Of a stretch of 64,000 bases of DNA, positions 1 through 11,945 are shown piece by piece; the stretch's first letter is position 1; the number at the start of each line of letters is the position of its first letter. The stretch is taken from positions 248,001-312,000 of the forward strand of contig CAJNYD010000407.1 of NCBI GenBank assembly GCA_905331295.1, written 5' to 3'. The notes under the pieces were generated by a model. The model ran no database searches. It worked only from the letters and a program-made list of their open reading frames with translations, and was not told the DNA's origin. Position numbers and translations under genes: made by a program. The DNA comes from Rotaria socialis (Eukaryota).

Positions 1-231
1 AAAATTTACAAACCATTTTGGAATTTCAAATGTATTTTTTGCTTGGCTAGCCATTCTTTTGTTCTTCTTCGATAGGCAAATGTATATTGCAAGTTGTAAT
101 AATAAATAAACAGTGGAAAGTTTTTTGCATCTTTTTAACCAATAAAAACTCATTGATGACTCACCCGATTTTGTCAGAAAAATATTCAACAAATGAATAG
201 CGTAAGTAAATAATATATATTATTCGAAATT

Positions 232-3200
232 ATGGCAAATGTCTATCAAATTGAAAATCTTTTACAATGTTCAATCTGTCTCGACCGATTTCAAACACCA
301 AAAGTACTTTCTTGTCAGCATACATTTTGTTTAATATGTTTACAAAGTAATTTTATGCAATCTTAAATTTTTCATGTTATCAAAATTTATTATTTTTTTG
401 ATTATTAGGAACATTTAATACACAAACTCGGACGTTGACATGGTTAGATTACTTCATTATTTTTCAAAATAAAAAATATTACCGATTTCTTTTCATCTCA
501 TTGCAGTCCAACATGTCGCAAAGTGACGCTTTTAAAGCAAGGACCCGACGAATTGGCTAATAATTTATTACTAATCAATTTAATGGATGTACAACCTGTA
601 AAAGCAAAATGTCCGTCTTGCCAGAAAGTGGAAAAACTAACTGTTTGTGAACATTGTAATTGTACAAAATGCACTGATTGTAATGAAAAACATATAAACG
701 ATATACGACAATCGACTAAAGCCAAGCTTGATGAGTTAAAAAATACAAATCAAAATGATTTAAAAGGTTTGCTAGAAAAAGAAATTCATTTCTAAACTAT
801 TTTCTGAATTTCATTTTTCGTTTTAAGTATCGATTAATAATTCTTTTAAAAATGTCAAAACTCAAATATGCAATGAATTACAACGTATTCGACAACAACA
901 TGATTCCATTCTGCTAACTAAACAAATGGATATCTTGAAACAACTTGATGCTCATGAACAAACTTTATTGGCGTAAGTTTATTTAATTTGATAAAATTAT
1001 TTTGAAAATATAGATCTACAATGATAAAAGACAAATATGTTTAGAGTAAAAAAAGAATCCAAAAAAAATGATTTAAATTGAAGAAAACTATGATTATCAT
1101 CAAACTTAAATTCGAATTTCATATAGGTGGAACTAAACAAAAGAGTCTGATCTGGTAACGAATAATTAGAATGATGAGTTTCAAAAGAATCATTTAGGAA
1201 TGGTTAAGCCACCACTATACTAGTATTTTTTCATTAGAAATCGAAAAATGAGACATGATATCCTTTACCAATACAATTACTGTTAACAAATGACGTGCAA
1301 ATAGTTTTTTTGTTTTGTTTCTGACATTCTAGAGTTCGCACACTTAATTCGCGAATCTCTAACAAGTCAGCCCATAGGCTCTAAAATGAGAACTCCTAGA
1401 GAAAAGTTTAAATCTGTAATTTGAGAGAAAACAAAACAAATACGTTGTTTAAAAGAGTAGAAAATGAAGGAACATTTTCGTAGGCTGACTTGCAATCATC
1501 GGCTAGTGTAACTATCTAAAACAAAGTGCTCCCATAAATTTTATTGTGATTTTTAAGAGCATAGCAGTTCTGAAAAATGAAATGCAATTAAAAACATCAT
1601 GGTAAACAGAAAATATTTCATCAGACACCAACATAAATCGCATTGTGTAGGGAAAACCTTCGAGTACACGTCTGTGAAAAGTACCAAGCTGTTTATTCTA
1701 GTATTAAAAAAAATGAAAGATGAAGAAAAGACTAAAATTAACCTTAAGAAATATCGCTTTTAATCAAAATAATGGTCCAAAAATAGAAGATGGAATCCAT
1801 ATAGCTGAGTTCCCCTCGCAATGCTTATGATAATACTAAGTCTTTAAGATCAATTATATTCTACAGAAAAACAATATTCATGTTTGTTCTCCTGTCTTCT
1901 AATACATCTTAGAAGTCATCTCCATGAAGTAATATTGAATAATTGTACTACGCATGAAAATAAATTTTCTATTTGACTTGATTTGAACAAAACTAAGTTT
2001 GATATTTCAAATGAAAGCATTGAACAAGATTCGTTTGATAATAAAACTGTAGGATTTTAGTAATATTTCTTTTAAATATCGAATGACTGAGAGAAAAATC
2101 GTGTACACATGTCATTGTTTAAGTCAAAGGCAACAGTTCTGATTAATATTTACCAAGTTAATTCATGCAAATAAATAATACTAAGTGGTTGTTTAGATAG
2201 GCTGCAGAAATACCTGATGAAAAATCGATGTACTTAACAAACCATTCATTGTTTGCTATTGATTATCGAAGAGCAAATCAAGAGTTTTAACTTTCCTTAT
2301 GCATAGATCTATCTCAAGGTCGATTGACGATCAAATTATGTATGTTTATTTTATTTAGACATGTTGAAAATGATCTTCAATCTATCGTACAATCCAAACT
2401 TGAATTAATTGGAATCAATTACCATCTCGAAAGGTTAAATATCACTTTTCTTTTCACAATAATTTTTGTTTCATCAGAAAAATTCTTTTAGTAAAAGTGA
2501 ACCGGAATTATTGAATTTATTAGCGAAATTATCGGATGTTGATTCTCGGCTAGTCGACAAACTTACTGAACATCAAGCATATATAAATGTATATATTAAT
2601 ATTAAAAATTTAAAACAAAACTACCGGATGGAGCAAAAGTTCTCCATTAATTTTGTATCTAACGTCACCTAACAATGACATACTGTTGAGAGTTTATTCT
2701 TTGTTAGAAAACAATGCAATCTCTAGTGCAAAGCAATTATCAACGATTTTAATGGAAAATGCTTTCAGAAAGCCATAGAATTATTTAAAAAAAAGCAATT
2801 TTCATTGAGTCTTTTCGAAACGTTGTCGACTTAAGATAGAAAAACTCATTTTATTCGTATCACTTTTGTAGATGCTAAAGGATATCTAGTCTCGATGTAT
2901 TGATTAACGATATCATTGAACCGCTGTAGGAATTTTATATCGAGATATTGACTGTAGTGTCCATTGAAAATATACTACTAATATGAAAAGTATATTTTTG
3001 ATAGGATTCGTATTGTAAGGTTTCAGTGAATACCAATGGCAATGTCATTAAGACTGCAATGTATCTTGTGCCGATGACTGACTGTAAGTCTCTATTCCAG
3101 TTTTATAATATAACGAAAAGAAGCCTATTAATTTGCCAAAAAATATTCTCTATTATTTCTGAACGACCAACGGTAGAGCTTAGAGCAGCATGCTAGGAAT

Positions 3201-4262
3201 ATCACTGATCTTTTATAAGGGTTGATCAAAAACAAAGCTTTTTTTCTCTAACAGTATACGCTCTAGATTTTAACATTATCTTTTGTTTTGTTTTGTAAAA
3301 GTAATATCAATTATTCCGATGAATAGCTTTGCGTCTTTCTCTCTCTCTCTCTCCATAGGAGGCCCCAACTTCTTTTTCGCTCATACAGCTTCATTCCAAT
3401 ATTATAAAAAAGGTAATTTTTTACCATTTATAGTATATACGTTATGCTAAAAAACTATTGTCGTTTGGACTCTATAAAAAAATTACCTTTTTATAATATT
3501 GGAATGAAGCTATATGAGCAAAAAAGAAGTTGGGGCCGCCTATGGCGGAGCACGCCCATATATATACACGTATGTTTAAAAAATATAAAAAGTCGATTCA
3601 TTTGCAAAATAAGAGTTCTTTAAGTGTGTTATGATTCTTTATATTCAAAAATCTTTGAAAAGCATAGCTCAATAAAAAACAGTTTAATAAATTTATGCAC
3701 TCGATATTATAGTTTTTCCAAGTAAACAAAAACAAGGATCAACTCTCAAAAAAATTGTACCGGATCACTGTGATAATAACAAAAAACGAACGCAGAACGT
3801 TTCCTATTATTTTCTTCTAATTTTAGTCTATCGAAATATCTTTACAATATGATCCAGACCGACTTGATCAAATTAATCAAATGTGTCATAATATTCAATT
3901 AAATATTACACATACAAATGATGACAAATCTAATCAACAAACTAAATTATCTTTTTCATCTGAGTATGTATTTCTATTTTACTAATTAAAACAATCTTAT
4001 GATCAATATTTGTTTTCCATTTGAAAGAGAAATCAACTTAACTTTAAGAACATTTCTAAATCAAGAATATAAATGTCGAATATCATTAGATAATACAATA
4101 TACGAGTTAAAACAAATATTTGGTAAACAACAAAATCTTGATCCGAATAATATAACGTTAACAAAGACTGGTAATTATTTTGACCAACTCGAAGATAATC
4201 GAACATTAAAATCTTATGATTGTGATCAAACGACTGTTCTGATGATTTGTATTCGAAAATAA
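232..4262 (+). CDS. TRIM-like E3 ligase: RING finger + Cys/His B-box-like motif + coiled coil + C-terminal ubiquitin-like domain (about 8 exons)
   Basis: Exon 232-346 reads [38 protein letters not shown] and splices via ~409-442 to CPTCR at ~507, completing a C3HC4 RING. It is followed by [22 protein letters not shown] and helical exons (~829-972, 2359-2433, 2478-~2588, 3827-3963). The last exon (~4028-4262) reads [58 protein letters not shown], a ubiquitin-fold pattern. Confidence 0.75.
1363..1492. mobile_element. Small putative MITE remnant in an intron
   Basis: Terminal inverted repeat CAAGTCAGCCCA ... TAGGCTGACTTG (11/12 match). No TSD seen. Confidence 0.35.
3353..3545. mobile_element. 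MITE / foldback element with long TIRs in an intron
   Basis: CCATAGGAGGCCCCAACTTCTTTTTCGCTCATACAGCTTCATTCCAATATTATAAAAAAGGTAATTTT pairs with AAAATTACCTTTTTATAATATTGGAATGAAGCTATATGAGCAAAAAAGAAGTTGGGGCCGCCTATGG (about 70 bp arms, few mismatches). It lies next to a (CT)n tract. Confidence 0.85.
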
Positions 4263-4423
4263 TTTTTGTAGCTTACTGCTTTGTTTTGTTTTAAATTTAT
4301 ATATGTTTAGAAGAAAAAACAAATTTTTGTTTAACGCTTATTTGTATTTTTTTCTTTCCTGAGTACAAAAGAAAAAAGTAATGAAGATTTACATAGAGAA
4401 AGAAAAAAAGAGAAAAATATATA

Positions 4424-5128
4424 TTAAACAGTTTCTTCTTGTTCTTCATTATCATTTATATGTGCTCCACTTGTTTTGGGTAAATCCACAACTTCCAAGG
4501 TAGCTGAATCATGATTTAATAAGTTTAATGAATTATTTTCATCATTCGTATTTCTTAGTGGCATGGTCTGTTTTTGATATTTTTTTCCATGCGGTATTAG
4601 ACGCAGATAAAATGTATTATTATTATTATTATTGTTATTGTTATTGTTATTGTTATTATTGTGTGCTTCCATGCGACTATTTGATGTTGATTGGCTTTGT
4701 CGTTTACATTGCTTACACAAAAAAACTACCAATAAGAATATAACGAAAATAAATATAGTTAAAAAAATAATTATCAAAAGAATGAACGGTAATTGATTTT
4801 GAAAGAAGTCTAATATAGATGTAGATTTGAAATTTTGATGTACATTTTTATCAATGTGAGATGCATTCCTTGATAAGTATGATTGATTATTATTAATCAA
4901 CGGCACGTATGCTCGTAGACTCGAAGGATTAAGATCATCAGCAACTAAACATGATGATGATGATAGAGAACGAGCTGAGCATGTCCAAGAACGTTGAGGA
5001 GGTGGAGATGGTATAACAGGTGGTGGCGGTGGAAAATAACTGAGATAAGCAAATATAGATGTTACATTAGCAGAGAGATCAATACCATGTAGAATGTTAT
5101 AAGGTATGGGTGAATGTATTCGATGCAT
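4424..5128 (-). CDS. Single-pass membrane protein of unknown function (Pro-rich N-terminus, poly-Asn tract, C-terminal EETV)
   Basis: 234-aa single ORF with a hydrophobic helix FILLIIIFLTIFIFVIFLLVVFL followed by CKQCKR (stop-transfer, possible palmitoylation) and a class I PDZ-type terminus. Confidence 0.7.
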   Translation of the reverse strand: MHRIHSPIPYNILHGIDLSANVTSIFAYLSYFPPPPPVIPSPPPQRSWTCSARSLSSSSCLVADDLNPSSLRAYVPLINNNQSYLSRNASHIDKNVHQNFKSTSILDFFQNQLPFILLIIIFLTIFIFVIFLLVVFLCKQCKRQSQSTSNSRMEAHNNNNNNNNNNNNNNNTFYLRLIPHGKKYQKQTMPLRNTNDENNSLNLLNHDSATLEVVDLPKTSGAHINDNEEQEETV

Positions 5129-5487
5129 AAGAATAATATTTTTTTAAAATTCAATGATTATGATGGTATTTGTTTTGCTTGTATTTTGTTTTTATTTTTG
5201 AATAGTTTGATAATGAAATGTATCTGTTTTCAAAACAATCATTCGTCATATAAGGAAAATAACATTATTATGATGAGAGTGATTATTATCATCATCATAT
5301 ATTGCCATTTGAGATGAATAAAGAGACACATATAAGTTAGAATGTGCATTTGCCGCCGGCATTCTCAGTAACATAGTTGAGTCGGTTCTGTGTACTTATG
5401 TGTGTATGTGTGTATGTGTGCAAGAGAAGAACAAATATACGAGCCCAGGTCCCAGCGGGATGGCAACGGCAAAGAAGAGTCCGGAGT

Positions 5488-5540
5488 TTCTTCTCTTTCC
5501 TCTTCTTCTTCTTCTTCTTCTTCTTCTTCTTCTTCTCTCT
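5488..5540. repeat. (TTC)n / CT-rich microsatellite, with TG-rich repeats at ~5397-5420
   Basis: Directly visible tandem TTC units. They explain the cluster of poly-E/R/S/L/F ORFs at 5365-5745. Confidence 0.9.
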
Positions 5541-5943
5541 GTCTTTTTCTCACTCGTCATTACGATCGCCACATCTATTAGTGTCGTCGTCCCAAGCACG
5601 CAGCCAGATGTTGGTACCATTGTGTGCATTTGTGCGACATTTTCCGTCGCAATGGATTCGATTCTTCTGCCTTTTCTTTTTCTTTTTTCCTGACGAGCTA
5701 GAACATTTTCTTATATGTAGTCAGAGATATCTGAGTCGACATTAGTAACACAGCTCCACACATTAAGAAATATAGTAACAGCTTGCAAGTAAAAAAAATG
5801 ATTTTTTTTCTCTCATAAAACATGAATCGGACAATTGATTAGAATATAAGAAAAACGAATAATAATATTTTTATTAAAGGTGCTTAGCGAGAAATAAATA
5901 ATTATAAAAAAAATCTATTCTAACTGAAGTTTTCATTAGCTAA

Positions 5944-6762
5944 TCATTCATCGTCATAGAATGATACAGGAGGCACTGCAATAATATTTCCTAAACCTGT
6001 TTTAACTTGTCGTTTTATTGGACCTGCATAGTAAACAGTACCGATTCCACTTAATGTGATATTAATTTCATCAATAGCCATCACATAAAGATTTCCAATA
6101 CCACTTGATATAACTTGAATTGTTTTCGTTAATAAATTTCTACCGTCAACATCACCAACTCCTAAAGATTTTATTATAGCTTCACCATAAACTTGTCCAC
6201 ATAATTTCACATGACCAATTGAATAAAGATCAGCTTCAAGAGCATTCACATTTAATTTTAATTTCATTGAGCCGGTACCACGATGATTTACAAGTAATCT
6301 ATTTGTTTCTATTCGATTGTCACATTGAACATTAATCATACCATCAATATAAAGTTCATTTAATTGTTTAAAAACAATAAATATTGTTATATTTGTTTTA
6401 TTACTTGTATTAATATTTTCTGTCACACGAATTGTTAGTGCAGCATTTTGTTCAATATTAATCGAGATTAATTGATGTAATGATTCTTCAGCTACAATAT
6501 CAACTGATTTATAATTATCAGTTGGATTCGTATTATGGCAAAGTTTGACATTAAATGGGCCACCTAGTAAATTGATTTTTGTAAATGTACTTGTTGTCAA
6601 TGAATGAGTTTTTTGAACAATTGGAATTGCTGCTACTGATGATGCGGACGTTGATACTAATGATGAACTCGCAGGTATATCTGGCATAAAAAAATTATAA
6701 CCATTTTGCTGTCCATACGTTAAATGTAAAAAGAAAAAAAAGTTGATGCAGAAGAACATCAT
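5944..6762 (-). CDS. Secreted GIN-domain (DUF2807, putative autotransporter adhesin head) beta-helix protein, intronless CDS
   Basis: The first ATG at 6762 gives a signal-peptide-like MMFFCINFFFFLHLTYG, then a Ser/Thr linker. Repeats HRGTGSMKL, LYSIGHVKL, SLGVGDVDG, SSGIGNLYV, LSGIGTVYYAGP and KTGLGNI are typical of DUF2807/GIN. Confidence 0.8.
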   Translation of the reverse strand: MMFFCINFFFFLHLTYGQQNGYNFFMPDIPASSSLVSTSASSVAAIPIVQKTHSLTTSTFTKINLLGGPFNVKLCHNTNPTDNYKSVDIVAEESLHQLISINIEQNAALTIRVTENINTSNKTNITIFIVFKQLNELYIDGMINVQCDNRIETNRLLVNHRGTGSMKLKLNVNALEADLYSIGHVKLCGQVYGEAIIKSLGVGDVDGRNLLTKTIQVISSGIGNLYVMAIDEINITLSGIGTVYYAGPIKRQVKTGLGNIIAVPPVSFYDDE

Positions 6763-7020
6763 CGTTGGTGATTTGTATATGAACACTAGACAGAAAATGA
6801 TGAATGATATTAAGCTTAAGATGAGATTAAGAAAGAGTAGATCATGGCTTTAACTGTTCTCTTTACATAAGAACAAACAACTCATTGAATTGCAAAAAAA
6901 AAACAATTTGAATATGTATACGACTTCAAAAATGAATCTGACATATGATTGAATGAAAATTTCTTTCACTAACCAATTTTATTCAATATAGAATAGAATA
7001 TTCAAAAAAAAACTGTATGT

Positions 7021-10000
7021 TTAAATTTTTCGTATTTCTTCATATGCTTGATAACCTTGTTGTTGGTATTCTTCAGCAGTTTTAGCTCGATTGATCGAAT
7101 CAAGAATAGCACGACCAACAATGAGAATATCAGCACCACGTTCATCGATCGCTTGTCGTGGCGTTACATATTGTTGGCCAAGTTGATCACCAGTATTATT
7201 CAAATGAACACCTAATTTGACATGGTATTCTCTGTTGTTCGTTAATCTTATAAAATAATTTACCTGGAGTACAATGAAGAAATTCATCAGTAGTTGTTAG
7301 ACGTGATTGAGAAATGAATCCAATAACAAAATCAGAATATTTCTTGGCACATTCTACTACACCTATATGATTGAAAGTGATAAAAAATAGCTTTCTTTGA
7401 AATGTATATGATTCTTTAAAAAAAATTAGAGACCTTTAACATAGTCTTCATTGTCTGTGAAAGCACCCTTCGATGACATCTGTGCTATGAGTAAACAACC
7501 ACGAGGTTCATTGATTGATTGGGCTGACTAATATTTCGTATAAATTCATTAATGAAAGTTTTCTAATTTAGAACTTACTTGTTCTAATCCTTGCACTATG
7601 CATTCACCAGGTAAAGCATGAACTGTAACAAGATCTGCCCATTCAACAATTCGAAAAAGACCTTTTGTATATTGTAATTTTACCGTATTACCAATATCAG
7701 CGAATTTTCTGTATACAATAAAAAAAAAATGAAATAAATTCAATTTTCGGTTATTTTAATCTGTTTAAAAATATTTGCTTAATTTCTATGGACTTCTAAG
7801 TCATTAAACCAATAGGAAAGAGTCGACTATGCTGGGGCTTCATGATCTTTCTAAATAAATGTTTTTATAATTTTTTCATAGCTTAAATGTCATTTGCTAA
7901 AAGGTAACATCTAATAAAGGGTATGTAAACAACTTTTGCAAAGTATTTTTTACGTAGTGTATTATCAGTATCTGGATGAGAATTACTTCTATTCATTGTA
8001 CAGGAATAGTCTATTATACATTTGTTTACAGAAAGACGCTTCGTCTTAGGAATACTAAATATATATTTTTAAATTGAAATTAAGAAAAAAACTTGCTCGC
8101 TGATATAATCTTAATCTATTTTAAATGTTACGTTTTCGCGTTTAGTAGACTTTATTGCATTATCGACACATATTTTTTTACATAAGATGTACAATTAATG
8201 TCGAGTTTAGATATTCAATATTGGTTTCAGTCTGTTTTTCTATCTAGGTTGATGCGTGATTTACTACTATTATACTTCAGCTTCATTGCACAAAAAACTT
8301 TCTTTCTTACACTTCTATTCTATCTTGAAGTTCTAGTAAAACGACATCATCTACTCGGTATTCAATTAAATTTGAGCAGTGGCATGAGTTTTATCAACAG
8401 CTGAGATTCTTTTTATACGAGCTTTTCTGAAGATTCAATCTACTAGATACATCAGGTTTTTTTGATACTATTAGGATTCGTGTGTTTGTTTGAGACACTT
8501 ATTACTTGAACGAAATAAGTGTCGACTTAAAAAACAGAGTACCCAATAGAATTAAGAAGTGGTATGCCTCTTATTCACTTTACTTTTTTCATACGAGTAA
8601 ATTCGACATTTTAATGCAATTCATTTTTATATATCAAAAAACAAACATACTTCTGCAGACAAGTAATCAGTTTAGCATTAAAATATAAAATACCAGTAAA
8701 ATGTCTGTCGAGATACTAAAAATATGGTATTAACTTTACTTTAGTGAGTGTCATCGATAAGTATTTTGTAAAGACGATACATAATACCAAGTGCTATGGA
8801 GTTTATCAAACATTGACACAAAAACAAAAACAAAAAGGTTATCTATGAGGACTAGTTCAACAACGCTGGGCACGATCTCGAACTGCAAGTCTTGTATTTT
8901 GAGAAACGTTGTACCTTTCGAAACAGAACGAAATTCTTATTCTAGTTAAGACTTTTTTACTCTTTCGAATAACAAAATTAAATAAAAGCAAATCAAATAG
9001 ACAGACTATAAAAAGAAACCTTCTCAAATTATTACCGATCTTCAAGTAATAGAAAATTTAATTTTCTTGAAATATCTTTCAATTGTTGAATTTTATCCAT
9101 AGAAAAATCCGTTAAAATATCAGAATGAATTTTTAACATACAAATATTTGATCCAACTTGTTTTGATAGCTAAACACCAAAGAATTCAATAGTTTCTTTT
9201 TAGCTTATAAAATTAAATTTACTTTTATAATTTCATCAAGATTTGTCAAATCTGCCGATAGACAAAGATTACTGCGTTTTTCTTTCATAATTGTTTGAAA
9301 TCGTTGACGAATAGGAATACTAATAGTTTTATTTTCAATCTCAATGTTTAATGTTGGTAATTGAGTTTGATTTTGATTTATGAATTCTTTTACATTTTCC
9401 GAAATTTCTTCAGAAATTTTTCCATGTTGCACAAGATATCCTAAAACTTCTGAAATTTTCAAAACTCTAAAAATAAAGATAACGAGAATTTTATTAATGG
9501 ATTTAATTCCATCCATATTTGAGAAATACCGGTGTAATCGAATATTTCTTTTTTGTAGATTGTTTTCACCATTTTGTTCTCGATCAAAAAAGACAATTGC
9601 ATCGGTTATTTGTAATCCTTCAGCACGAAGACTCTATTATTATAGATATAAATGGATTTTAAATAAAAATATTCATTATTCTTCTATCTATTTACATCTG
9701 CAGTTTCAATCACACTTGAACCACTAGTAACAATATCTTCAATAATGATACATCGATCATTGATTTGAAATTTTCCTTCAATTAATTTTTTTGTTCCATA
9801 GTTTTTTGCTTCTTTTCTTCGAATTAACATCGGTCTTTTATAATCAGCACAGATAATCTTTTATATGAGAAAACAAAATTGAGAATTCGCGTAATTTTGT
9901 CAAAATAAAAAACAAGATTTTTATTTACTGACGCTATTGGTAAAGCTGTATATGGAACACCGCATATGGAATCAAAACTGACATTTGAACGTTTCAATAT

Positions 10001-10230
10001 TTCATTCATATGCACAGCTACTGACCGCTACGAAAACAAATATATACAATAGAAAATATGAGAGGAGTAAACAGACAGCAATTAACAATTACAAGAATAT
10101 CTGGATAACTAATGATTACACGTAAATCAATATAGATCGGTGATTGTAGACCAGTTTTAAGTTTGAATGAACCAAACTTAAATGCTTCAATATCATAGAG
10201 CTGTAAAACAAGATCAGCGAGATCGCCCAT
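7021..10230 (-). CDS. UMPS: UMP synthase (orotate phosphoribosyltransferase + OMP decarboxylase), about 10 exons
   Basis: OPRT motifs [48 protein letters not shown] and [12 protein letters not shown] motifs [37 protein letters not shown] and [11 protein letters not shown]. Confidence 0.97.
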
Positions 10231-11149
10231 CTAAAAATTTCTCTAGCTAATAATAATTTTTTTTAAATAATACAATGAAATATAGTAATAAAATCAGGAA
10301 AACTGTATTTTACTGCTGAATGGACAATAGAGAGTTAACATTAGAAACGATAGGATTCGTTATTTATATATCGAAGATAGTATCCGCGTAAGATGACGCA
10401 AGAAGAAGGTATTTTTTATATACATTTATTTATAAAAAAATTTAAGTACAGTATTAAGAATGCCAAAAATCGTGAAATAAATTATTTTTTCAGATTTAAA
10501 TCTGATTGAATCTATTCAGAAAAAAACAATAAAACGAACTCTTTTGCAATATTGAAGAAACATACATAAATGAGGCGCTATAGAAATAAATGCGCGACGT
10601 AATTTCATATATTTCGTAGTTCTTAAAAATCATAAACAAATCTCCAATCAGCAAAACACGATTCATACGGCTACCAACGATTATTAGTCACATGTTTATG
10701 TCGATAACAATATCAACTTTAACTTGCGTTGATGTACTATTCGCGCTAATTCGTTTATTGAAAAGTAATACCTTCTTCATACTTGAGATAGAGTACATTT
10801 ACGAAACTCTAAAATAAAGTCAATGGTTTTTTTCTATATTTTTCAAACAGAAAAACTATGTTGATGTATGATAAATTTCTTTTCAAAAGAGAACATCCTG
10901 ATATGCATATAGTAATACTTACATCAGCGTTAACAAGACACAGATAGGCAGATGTTATCGCAACAATTAAACAACGGTAATAACTTAGTGATGTATAGTT
11001 TTATAGTAACCAGAATTGTAAAGACTAAAACATAATTTATGCATCAATTGTGTTTTACATAGAATACCGCAATGGAATTTCATCAAAATTCCATCTCTGC
11101 TTTCAATAGGAAGAATAGTAGGAGTCTTGTAATCAAATATAAAACAGAA

Positions 11150-11260
11150 TTTGATTGAAAAATCTCTCTCAGAGGACACAGAAACGAAAGGACAAAGAGC
11201 AATGAAAAACGACTCTGCAACTCTAATCAGAATTTCTTCATCAGAACATCTTTTTTCTTT
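11150..11260 (-). pseudogene. Possible decayed hAT transposase C-terminal dimerisation fragment
   Basis: Within ORF 10985-11341(-): IRVAESFFIALCPFVSVSSERDFSI resembles the hAT dimerisation motif (..L.IP.SS..SER.FS). No other transposase motifs were recognised. Confidence 0.3.
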
Positions 11261-11945
11261 AAACTTTTTCTTTATCCCTTTAAAGGATTTTCGAATATCG
11301 TATTTATATGTACGATTGTTTATTGTCAAGAAGACTTTCATGTAGTATTAAAATAATTCACTCAAGATACATGAGAATGAACAAGAGAGCATTAAATTTT
11401 GTAGAAAATCATTCCTACGAATCTATACTTTGACATCTCATAGAAATTATGAGCCTTATTTAGAATAATGTCGTAGTATAAAGGACTCAGTAATCTTTGT
11501 TTCTCGATATAAGACATATGTTTTATCATGAGCTATCTTTACATCACACCCCAAAACAAAACTTCTTATTACAGAACATCCGACGAAAAAGATATGATCG
11601 ATTTATTGGATGTAGCTATATATATGTAGACTGTTCGCTGTTTAATTTTGATAGTGTCACTAGTTGAAGATTCGGCTTCAAAAGAAGTTTTATAATTTTG
11701 AGTCTTCTATTTTGTGAATTACTTTGATCAACATCATTTTCTTCTTCAAATTATTGCATTCAATGACAAATGAGAACTTTTCTTCGAACCCTAGATAATT
11801 CCAATTTTTGTATTTACCTATTTCAGAATAAGCAATATGAGAAAAAAGTTGTGTAATATATTTATTTATATTTGAAAAAAAAATGACACAAATGAACGAT
11901 GACTAGAATTGAAAATGTAAGTTTTGTTTAAATATTAATGAGTCT

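Noticed and set aside
5365..5745. Five overlapping ORFs with poly-E/R/S/L/F tracts
   Set aside because: They are artefacts of the (TTC)n and TG microsatellites upstream of the membrane-protein gene.
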